In this document: piece by piece, positions 50,563-64,000 of the stretch
Position numbering within the stretch: position 1 is the stretch's first letter
How the letters are laid out: each line of letters opens with the position of its first letter
DNA from: the human T2T-CHM13v2.0 reference genome, Homo sapiens
Length of the DNA stretch: 64,000 nt
Assembly (NCBI RefSeq): GCF_009914755.1
Contig: NC_060927.1
Strand: one strand, 5' to 3'
Notes under the pieces: model-generated
Databases searched by the model: none
Seen by the model: only the letters and a program-made list of their open reading frames with translations
Told to the model about the DNA's origin: nothing
Program-made: the position numbers and the translations under genes

Positions 50563-52494
50563 AAAGATAAAACCAAGTAAAGGCAAACATGTGAGCAAAA
50601 AAGAACTCTCAAGCACTCAAGTAGGCACATACACTAATTCTCCCACTCTATGCCCAAGGAATCACAATCTTGGGTATATATCCTAGAGAACTTCTATACA
50701 GGTCCATAATAATGTACAAGAGTATATATAACACAGGGTATTTGAAATAGCAGAAAGGCAACTCAGGGATCAATTCCTAGGGAATGAAAAGTAAAATGTG
50801 GTAGATCTGCATTACAGAATTCTACATTAGACACAACTATACATACTTACAACAAAACAGAAAGATCCCCAAATCAATGTTGAATAAAAAAGAAAAAGAC
50901 CTTTGCAAGGTCTATAACACAATACCTAAACATACACAGCTCCACTACATATTTTACAATGTTTCATATATAATCAAGGAATGTACCAACCACAATGTTA
51001 TACAAAGAGGTAACAGAAGTAGGGCTCAGAAATTTAAGATAAAAATTTAAAGGACCTTGTACGATCTGATGTGTGACAAGAACTGAGAAGCATAATTCAT
51101 TCTAAAATTCTTTCTGCCTAACATCCAAATAATAACAAAAACTTTCGAGAACTAAAGGACATGAACTCCCAGCTTATAAAGGTCCATGGAATGCCCTTAA
51201 ACAAAAAAATACCCATACCTAGACACATCATCATGGAATTTTGAGGGTTAAAAATATCCTAAAAGCTTCTAGAGATTGGGGTAAAGGAAGATCACATACA
51301 AACAAAGAATCAGATTGGCTTTGGATTTCAAGAGTAACCCTGGAAGAAAGAAAACAATAGAACTATGACTTGCAAACTTGAAGTAGAAGTTACTTTCAAC
51401 TCAGAATTTTATACCCAGACAAATTATTGATCAAATGCGAAGGAAGAATAAAGATTTTTTTCAGTCATGTAAGATGTCAGGAAGTTTTTGTTTTCCATGT
51501 ATCCTTTCTCAGAAAGCTACTAAAAAATGTACTCCAAGGAAATAAGTAAACCAAGAAAGAAAATACAGGAAACAGTAAACAGGGGAACCAGTACAAAAGA
51601 GGGCAAAGAAGTTTAAGGATGATGAAAAGAGAAGTCCCTGGATAACAACTATGAAATAGGCCTAGAAAGTAACCAGTCCTAATTGCATTAAGAGGTTCCA
51701 GGTTAGCTGTCTCAGGAAATGAAGCAAACAACAACAAAAAATACTAACTTGTAGAAAAACAAAAATTTATTAAGAGAAGAAATGATATCACAGTACTCTA
51801 CATGGGTCAGCTGTGAACATTTATAGAGTTACAATATTGTAAACACTAAATATTGGTTTAGTAGACACACCTGTGATAACTATATTTGGAGGATGGTAGA
51901 GACAGTGTGTGCATATGGCAGGTGAGGTGAATATATATGTGAAACACTAAGGAACATCTTGCTTAGAAGAAAGCCAATAATATCTATAATTGCTATATCA
52001 TGATATAGCAATAAAAGCAAGTCACTGTATTTATAAATATGAAAGCAAACACAAGAGGAAACAGCTAGAAGAAAGAAAATGGTAGCTTTTCAAGTGCAGA
52101 GGCTGGGACAGGGAACAGCTGCTTTTCAGGTATTCTAATTCCAAAATTTTATTTTTTTAATGTTGATAAAACAAGGAACTTGAACAATCTCACGACGGTT
52201 ATATTAGATCTTCAGTATTATTTCATGGTGTTAAACTACATCTAGTTTGTTCTGCCAAAGAGACTGAACGGCTAAAACCAATCTTTAACGATCAATGTGA
52301 ACACAGTACAAACAGCCCTATTTGAATCCCAACTCCACTACTTTGTGAAGTAAGGCGAGTTACCCAATCACCTTGCACACGTAATCACCTCCTCAAAATG
52401 GTTTTGCAAGAACAAGTAAGTGAAAGCACCTGATGCAGAACCTGACCCATCAATAGATGTCAGAGTACTTTCAGCGGGTCTTTCTGTTCCCTAG

Positions 52495-52551
52495 CTGACC
52501 CCAAGCTGCCTATTCTGACCCCAAGCTGCCTATTCTGACCCCAACCTGCCT
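52495..52551. repeat. 20-bp tandem repeat x2.85
   Basis: CTGACCCCAAGCTGCCTATT twice, then CTGACCCCAACCTGCCT. Confidence 0.95.
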
Positions 52552-53739
52552 TGTTGCTCACAGAGTATATAGGCACTCATGGACTCAGCACATATCCCTC
52601 CTCACGCTGGAAAAACAATCATGATGAGTAAGCAGACTTATCTTTGTATATGAAGGGCAGCATTATTCTTGTTAATATGAAGGAGATTATCTCCATTATC
52701 CACATTCTGGATTACTGCCTGCTTTCAAGAACTGTCCCAATTAGTCTACAACACTTGGACAGAACCATTTTTTCATGTTGTTTTGTAGGTTTGTAACATC
52801 TTTAAAAAAAAGAAAGAAAGAAACATACATTCCCACAGTCTTCATCCCTACTCTTCCAATGTACAACCTCAAAATTTTCTAATGCAGGCCCTATCTGGCC
52901 CTCAGTTGGCCTCAGGCCATCTCCTGCTTACTGCAGCAAAAGACAGAAATCAGCCCAAATCAGCTAATTTAACTGTTTACCATTTCCAGTGTTTTCTTCC
53001 CTATTATGGCTAAATTCATAACACCATGCAAAGTACAAAGATACCTTAAAACAAAACAAGGAGTTATCTTTATCACTAGGTCAGTCATCTTTAACTTGCA
53101 AGACCAATCAAAGGTCTTAACTGATTTTATACACAGTACTCATACATCTAAAAACAATCTGGTAGACTTAAAAGCACAGACATCATAAATCATTAAAACT
53201 CTATTTTATCATTAATTCAACAAACACTGTGCTAAAACACTGAAGATGCAAAGAATAAGATATAATCCTATTCTCAAATGTAAAGGGAAAAGGGAAAACG
53301 TAAAAGGACCATTGAGAGCAACAGAGAATAAAGAAAATAATGCAAGAAACAACTGACAGCAATTCCAGGTTACGTATAAAATAATTCTTAACATAGTTGA
53401 GACTAAAGAAAATTATAAAAATTGAACACAGCTCTGAGACTCCTGACAGTCAAAGTATAGAGAAACAGGATGGCTTACAAAACAAAAATAATCTAATAAA
53501 ACCAATCATTAGTTTAAAAAAAAAAAGCTTAATACTGGGGTCTTAGGAAGAATTTGTCTCTAAGGTCTGTATTTTATAGGAACCAATACATAAATTAGAA
53601 ATTTCTTCATTAGATATTAATGAAGAAAAGATGTTTTTAATGGCCCCTTTGGTAAGTATCAGCTCTAGATAAGATGTATATTAAATCATAGTTCTGTGAA
53701 GAAACTTCTACGAGAACCACTTTATAAAGTAACATAATG

Positions 53740-54046
53740 CGGCTGGGCGCGGTGGCTCATGCCTGTAATCCTAGAACTTCGGGAGGCCGAGGAGGGCGGA
53801 TTGCGTGAGCTCAGGAGTTCGAGACCAGCCTGGGCAAGACGGTGAAACCACCCGTCTCTACTAAAATACAAAAAATTAGCCGAGTGTGGCCTCATGCCCC
53901 TGTAGTCCCAGCTACTCAGGCAGTCTCAGGCAGGAGAACTGCTTGAACCAGGGAGGCAGAGGCTGCAGTAAGCCGAGATCGCGTCACTGCCCAGCCTGGG
54001 CAACAGAGCAAGCATCCAAAAAAATAAATAAATAAAATAAAAAATA
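53740..54046 (+). mobile_element. Alu
   Basis: Full dimer, CpG-rich. Confidence 0.9.
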
Positions 54047-54835
54047 CCATAATGCAAGTATAGTGATTTCAGGTGATACCTTTCTAATTTAGTTTATTCT
54101 AGGTTTTCATAAATGTATGTTTTGTTGCCCTACAGGACTGTAAACTCCTCAAGGCTTATGTTGTCTGCTTCCATTTGAACTGCCTTTACTATTTAGTAGA
54201 GTGCTTTACAGTTGCTACTCAACTATAATAACTGACAAAATGTTATGCAGTCAATATTTGTAGTATTAGCTTCCCCTGCTACACTATAAATTCCATGAGA
54301 ACAGGGACAGTGAGTTTTGATCGCGACTATATCCCCCCAAGTCTAGAAGATCACTCTGTAAGTATTCGCTGATTGAACGGATTAAATAAAGAAAACAACG
54401 AAAAAGTATGAAAGGAGAGAAATAATTTAAATGGCAGTAACTTTGGGTTCTAAGGTTGTTCTCAACAAGAACTGGAAGACCTTAGGTAAGTTACTTAACA
54501 TTTGATTGTCAATGCTTTCATCTGTAAAATAGAAAAATTAACAGATACTTCAGATTCAAATGTTTTTAATATATGTAAAGCATTTAACACAATACCTGAA
54601 AAAAGAACTCAATAAATGTTAATTCCTTTACTTTCTCTTACGTCTCATCTATCCATAAAACAGTGTCTTCCAAGAATATTTCAGTAAAAATACAACAGAA
54701 CTCATTCTTACTTTCCTTTGAAAAATTAAATTTTCATCTCTTTGATCTTTAAAAAGGAGGGAAAAATAACTTGTGTACTGCTTTCAAAATATTACAAATG
54801 CAAAAGCTAGTTAAGACAAAAACAATGTCGAGAAT

Positions 54836-55216
54836 GAGCCTTGCTGGTGGCATCCGCCTGTAGTTCCAGCTAGTAGGGAGGATGCCTTGAGGCCAGGAGT
54901 TCCAGATCAGCCCGGGAAACAAAGCAAGACTCCATCTCTTAAGAAAAAAAAAAACAAAACAGGAGGGGGGAAATCACTTCATCTACTAATAGAGATTTTT
55001 AAGCAACCGTTTATTTAAGAAAAAAGGGTGAAATTCAAGTTAATATTACTTGACAGTACGTTTCAGAAAAAAAAATACTCTGCAGAGCTGGGTGTGGTTG
55101 CCCAAGACTAGTCCCAGCTACCTGGGAAGCTGAGGCAAGAGGACAGTTTGAGCTCAGGAGTTGGAGTACAGCCTGGGCAATATAGCGAGACCCCATCTCT
55201 TTAAAATACAAACAAA
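54836..55216 (+). mobile_element. Two Alu monomers (FLAM/FAM-like; about 54836-54955 and 55087-55216)
   Basis: About 120-bp 7SL-derived monomers with A tails. Confidence 0.7.
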
Positions 55217-56057
55217 AACTCGGCAATCGTTTGTTCTGAGTTGAAACCTTAAAAATCAAATATTTTGAACGCTTTCATTTAAAAGTGGAACACGACCCAA
55301 TCCTAAAACATTACTTCATGACGACTTCCTTGACTCCAGTCATCCTTGTTTCCTCCTCCCGTTTTGAGCTTAATCCGATACCTCGCTGCTTCCCTCGCAT
55401 CGCACACGCGGCGTGCAGACCAAGTTCTGTCATTGCTATAATTACCACACCCCCGATCAGCCGCTCCAGGCCCATGTTGTTATGACATCGGTAAACTGCA
55501 GCCGGCCGTCTCCACCCCCCGCTTCCCCCACCTCCCTCCGGGCCGCCGGCTCCGACCCGGTCTGTAACTTGTGAATTCCCAAGACGGTCCCTTTTTGCCA
55601 GGGTTAGAATTTTTACACGCCACCCCTGCTCCTTCCTGCCTCTGTCACAGCGCTCTGCGCGGCCCACCCCCGCCTCCCGCCCGCCGCCCGGCCGCGGCGC
55701 AGGCTCCGCGCTCGCCTCCTCTCCGCCCGCTGCCTCGGCGCCCCGCAGTCCCCGGCGCCGCTTACAGCCCCGCCGCCGCGCCACGCCGCCCCGCCCCGCC
55801 TAGCCTCGACCGGCGTTCCCGATGGCGATCACACCAGGGCTCCCCACCCCCACCCTCTCCTCCGCCGGCCTTGTGGCCGTTAGGACAGCCGGGCCCGTGA
55901 CGCACGGACGCGGCGCGAGCGCCCGGCCCAGGAACCCCGGCTCTAGGCCCTGCCGGCACCCGCCCTCGCCCCAGGGCCTCTCCTGAGTCCCTCCGGGACT
56001 GCCCGGATCTGCCGGCGGGAGGGGGAGGGGCCGGGGCCGCAAGGCCCCAGCACTCAC

Positions 56058-56240
56058 CAGGCTCAAGGCAACCGATCCCGGTGCCACCGCTGAAGTTAGC
56101 CCCTCGCTCGCCCGCCCGCCGTGCCACTCCCGCGCACAACCTCGAAGAGCTGGCCCGCGCCTCGGCGGTGCTCACCAGGCCTCGCTCTCCGCCGCCTCGC
56201 ACCGAGCAGCGAGACTCAGCTCAGCCGGCGTTCGCAGTGC
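56058..56240 (-). other. KPNA1: KPNA1 non-coding exon 1 (5' UTR); TSS approximate
   Basis: Consensus donor CCTG|gtgagt (GT at 56057-56056) inside the only CpG island, upstream of exon 2. No upstream ATG in the exon. 5' boundary inferred from promoter motifs. Confidence 0.8.
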
Positions 56241-56249
56241 GCCTGCGTG
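56238..56249. promoter_or_regulatory. NRF1-like motif
   Basis: TGCGCCTGCGTG versus consensus TGCGCATGCGCA, next to the inferred TSS. Confidence 0.5.
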
Positions 56250-56297
56250 CGGGGGCCGGCCCGAGCGCCTACGCGCGCCCCTCCGGCGCTTGTCGCA

Positions 56298-56320
56298 GAG
56301 GCTGCCGGGAGACGTAGTCT
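56298..56320 (-). promoter_or_regulatory. ZNF143/THAP11 SBS-like motif
   Basis: Minus strand GACTACGTCTCCCGGCAGCC resembles ACTACAnnTCCCAnnAnGC and sits just upstream of the inferred TSS. Confidence 0.65.
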
Positions 56321-56708
56321 TGTAACGCTCTCTCGCCGGACATTCCTAATGGTTAGCGCCCAGCCTGTGAAGAGTCGGGGGTCGGGGAGGGGGTCTCGCT
56401 AAGAAGGAGGTTTGCAGACCATGGCAAAGGTTGGAGAAAGTTATATGTACAAACCTGTCTTTGCTAAGCTCTTCCAGGGCGGATCGATGCTCACCTCTGT
56501 ATAGCTTCTAAGTACCTAATACGCGTTGATGGAATGAATGATGGAATGATTGAAGGCTGAGGGAGTATTACAAAATTAGTAGGTCAGCGCCTCGTGTCTA
56601 AAGGGCTCACATGCAGCATGAATGCAGGAAGCTTCTGGACATTCCTTTTTTAGTTATCTCCCATCCCCTTTGCTTGATAACGTATGCGTAGTATCAAAAA
56701 TAATTAAG

Positions 56709-57030
56709 GGCCGGGCGCGGTGGCTCACACCTGTAATCCCAGCACCTTGGGAGGCCGAGGTGGGTGGATCACTTGAGGCTAGGAGTTTGAGACTAGCCTG
56801 GGCAACATGGCGAAACCCCGTCTCTACTAAAAACACAAAAATTAGCAGGGGGTGGTGACGGGCGCCTGAAGTCCCAGCTACTCGGGAGGCTGAGGTGGGA
56901 GAATCACCTGAGCCCGGGGTTGACGGTGAGACTGCAGTGAGCCGAGATCGCGCCACTACACTCCAGCCTGGGCAACCGGAGTGAGACCCTGCCTCAAAAA
57001 TAATAATAACAATAATAATAATAATAATAA
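56709..57030 (+). mobile_element. Alu with (AAT)n tail
   Basis: Full dimer just upstream of the promoter. Confidence 0.92.
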
Positions 57031-58145
57031 TGAAACTACATGAAACACATACTCGTTTTACTCTCAAGTGCTCTCAAACGAAAACTTGGAGCAAATGATT
57101 GCTAATGTTAAATTTCATGGAATTCTTTGGGGGAGCAAATGGAGTAGTGGCTTCAAAAGAAGAAAAACTGAAGCCAGCCTAGCAGGGATCACGGAATAGT
57201 AGACAGATTTAAAACACATGCCAAGAAGCAAGGTGAAAGAGATGAGGTAGATTAATACATTTATAAATGTCCCAGGGAAGAGGAGAGGAGAGAGGACCAC
57301 TCTACCTGAATCCTAGGTTATGCAATGTTCATTTGTCCTGGACTTCTCTCTGCTGCATCAGCATTCTCCCGCTGATGTTGTGTTTACTAAGATCAGAGTT
57401 GAGTTTGAGCAAGGGGGCTGGGGAAAGGGAAGGTGTGTTCAACAGGAGAGACTTAAGGGCAAGTTTGCCTGACCACAGCTAGACTGAAGACAGATCACCT
57501 TATTCCAATAAGGAACTAAGACTGATTATTCAGAGCCGGTCTTCAGTCTTTGGGAAAACTAATTTATTTCCGGTTCACCCTTATTCCTAGCTAGTCCTTG
57601 ATGGTCCCATCCAAAAGTCTGGGGTATTTACTAGGGCCTCTTCTCTTTGGTGGGCCTTCTAAGCCCCATGAGACAGCCATAAGCTCTTCTCCCTGTTTCA
57701 GCCACTGCTTTCAGAGTCAGCAATCACCTTAGCTTTGGAAAAATGATGGCAAATATCAGGCTAACCTCTGGTGGCTTCCTTTTTCTTCCAGACCTTGCAC
57801 TCACAAATTCTCACTTCCTTGGTAGCTCTTCAGTACATTAACGTTTTTATATTTTGTTCAGTTGTTCTCTGTAGTGGAAAGGTTGATTGAAAACAACAGT
57901 AGGCCATTGCTGGAAGTTGAATTCCTATGTATGTTACTTTTACAAAAATGTTATCATACCATACATGGTGTTTTATAAGCTACTGTCTCTCTGACAATAT
58001 CATTTTATAGTTTGAGAAATTTGAAAGTATAGAACAGTATTTTTTACTGTCACAAACAATGCTGCTGTGAACATTCTTGTACATCTCTACTGTGTATAGG
58101 GAAACTGCTAGATCCTAGGACATTGCATCTTTAACCTTACTATAT

Positions 58146-58696
58146 GTATCAGGCAGAAATCTAAGATGGCCCCCATAATCTCTGGTCCCTGGTGTTGCCT
58201 ATATAATCTCCACCCCTTGAGTGTAGGTGGGACCTTTGACTTACTTCTAGCCAACAGAATATGGCAAAGGTGATAGAATGTCACTCCCATGATTCCGTTT
58301 CATTATATAAGACTGTCTTTCCAGACTGGAGCTAGAGATTCGCTGGCCTTGAAGAAGCAAGCTGTCATGTTGCGAACTGCCTATGGAGAAAACTAAATGG
58401 CAGGGAACTGCAGACGGCTTCTAGAACTTGAGCGCAGCCTGCAGCTGACAACCAGTAAGAAGCCAGGGCCCTCAGTCCCACAACCACAAGGAAATGAATT
58501 CTGCCAACAACCTGAGAGGTGGCCTCCAGATGAGAAGACAGCCTGACTTAAACCTTGATAGCAGTTTTGTGAGACCCTGAGCAAAGAAAACAGATAAACT
58601 GTGCGTAGACTCCTGGTCTACAGAAACTGTGAGATAATAAATGTGTCTTAAGATACTATGTTTATGGTAATTTATTATACAATAGAAAACTAATAC
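58146..58696 (+). mobile_element. MaLR LTR (MLT1F-like)
   Basis: tctaagatggcccc...cttctagccaacagaatatggcaaaggtga...aatagaaaactaataca. Confidence 0.8.
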
Positions 58697-58866
58697 ACTA
58701 GACATTGCTGGATTATTTCATAAAGTGATTGTACCAATTTGTACTCTAGAAACGGTATATAAGATACTCTTCACTTGCTAACAGTTAGAAATGTCTGGCT
58801 TTTTAAATTTTTGCCAATCTAACATATAAATTACTTGAACATAAAAACATGAAAAATAGATATTTA

Positions 58867-59215
<349 letters not shown>

Positions 59216-59279
59216 CAACTAGTAGTAATAAATAGACTAATTAAGCAAATAATATGTATGAGAAAAATGCAACAATTTC

Positions 59280-61490
<2,211 letters not shown>

Positions 61491-61710
61491 ACATCTCCTT
61501 CATCAGACTAGTGACCCATTCCCCTACCTACTGTGAGTGGGGCTTGTAACTCTACTGCCCCACTTCTCTGAATTGCCCTAGGTCTAACAGGAGCCACCTT
61601 GCTAGAAGGGTTCCACTCCCCAGAGAGGGCAGACCTAGGCCAAAAACTGTAGCAGGGTTCAAAAGGCCAGCCCCTGCTGCAGAGGGCTACTTCTAATTAT
61701 ATAATTTGTA

Positions 61711-62021
<311 letters not shown>

Positions 62022-62310
62022 CTAGAATTTCCCCTTAGAATTAGACTAAAGCTAGTCTTCAGCTGAGACTATTAATATCTTCTTGCTAACTTTTTCCCCT
62101 GCTCTGTGCTGTCTCCATTATTCCCATATTCCTGAGAGTACTCCCCCTAAAAATAATTAAACATGAATTCCCATCTCAGGTTCTGCTTCTAGGGAAACAT
62201 CACCTAGGACAAGATCCAAACCTATTCTCTTCCATTTCCTTAACCAGTTGTCCAAGACCATTTATTGAGATTCGTGCACTGAATTCCAAGTGATCTGCAA
62301 TTTTACCTCA

Positions 62311-63278
<968 letters not shown>

Positions 63279-63419
63279 TCATATAAATTCTAACTTTTAA
63301 GTGGTACTTAGCTTCTAATTGCAAATATTTGCTGGAAATTTTTTAATGTACCCTAAAAATATTGATACCATGCAACCTGCAGTGTGAAAAGGTATTTAAA
63401 AAATATTGCAGAATATTTA

Positions 63420-63638
63420 TACATATTTATATAATTGATACATTATATGTAAACTTGAGCAACACATGTATCTTGAATATATACATAAATATAGATATAT
63501 ACATCATATATGTGTGTATATATACACATCTATATGATATATATACACATGATATATAGTATCTATATGAGATATGTATATGTGATATATATGATATATA
63601 TAATATATATACACATATGTATGTTCTTATATATACAC
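63420..63638. repeat. Degenerate (TA)n low-complexity tract
   Basis: ATAT/GATATAT-rich run. Confidence 0.85.
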
Positions 63639-63913
63639 AAATTTAACAGAGTTTGCTTGACCAAAGAATGATTCATGAATCAGGCAGCACTCAGAACCAG
63701 GAGAGGTTCCAAGAGCTCTACCCAGCAATGTGGGCAGGCAGTATTTATAGAAAGAAAAAGAGTGACATACAGAAACAACCTGATTGGTTATAGCTCAGCA
63801 TTTACCTTTTCTGGGCATGATATGATGGGGCATTTGCCTTACATGAATGTTCTAATGAGTTGGCAGCCTGTGATTGTCTGAGACTCAGCTACTTGTTAAA
63901 AGAATAGATGCTT

Positions 63914-64000
63914 AGCCAGGTGCAGTAGCTCATGCCTGTAATCCCAGCACTTTGGGAGGCCGAGGTGGGCAGATCACCTGAGGCCAGGAGTTTAAGACCA
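63914..64000 (+). mobile_element. Alu 5' part (runs off window)
   Basis: gccaggtgcagtagctcatgcctgtaatcccagc... Confidence 0.9.

Larger units (their letters stand above)
55340..56400. promoter_or_regulatory. CpG island / KPNA1 promoter
   Basis: Abrupt GC- and CpG-rich segment with GC boxes (CCCCGCC), repeat-free, 18 kb upstream of the first coding exon. Confidence 0.93.

Noticed and set aside
52495-52551. Direct repeats as a CRISPR-like array
   Set aside because: No spacers, only about 3 tandem units, eukaryotic context and no cas genes.
54836-55216. 7SL or BC200-like ncRNA genes
   Set aside because: Diverged Alu monomers lacking the 7SL S-domain or BC200 unique 3' region.
56331-56340. TCTCGCCGGA as a BANP/ZBTB33 motif
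   Set aside because: Two mismatches in the TCTCGCGAGA palindrome core.
55311-56402. Long Arg/Gly/Pro-rich ORFs on both strands
   Set aside because: Expected stop-codon depletion in a CpG island, with no recognisable protein.

Overview
Primate (almost certainly human) genomic DNA carrying the 5' half of KPNA1 (importin alpha-5) on the minus strand. The CpG-island promoter and non-coding exon 1 lie at about 55.3-56.4 kb. Coding exons 2-5 (37857-37729, 8661-8554, 5277-5178, 2556-2462) give residues 1-144, i.e. the IBB domain and the start of the ARM repeats, and the gene continues beyond position 1. The rest is intronic or upstream and dominated by transposable elements: about 40 Alus including a near-consensus AluYg6, a nearly full-length L1MC1 carrying nested insertions, an HMGN1 processed pseudogene, MaLR/ERV LTRs, Tigger MITEs and a decayed hAT transposon. 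There is no prokaryotic system, CRISPR array or RNA gene, and almost all ORF-track entries are repeat artefacts. The most interesting leads are hypotheses: (1) inverted Alus flank exons 2-4, whose 342-nt back-spliced circle would be a stop-free ORF repeating the IBB unit; (2) a (UG)20 tract and intronic poly(A) signal after exon 2 could yield an IBB-only peptide; (3) two TSD-flanked orphan retroposed inserts and several local templated duplications. Repeat subfamily names come from recalled consensus sequences and repeat boundaries are approximate.
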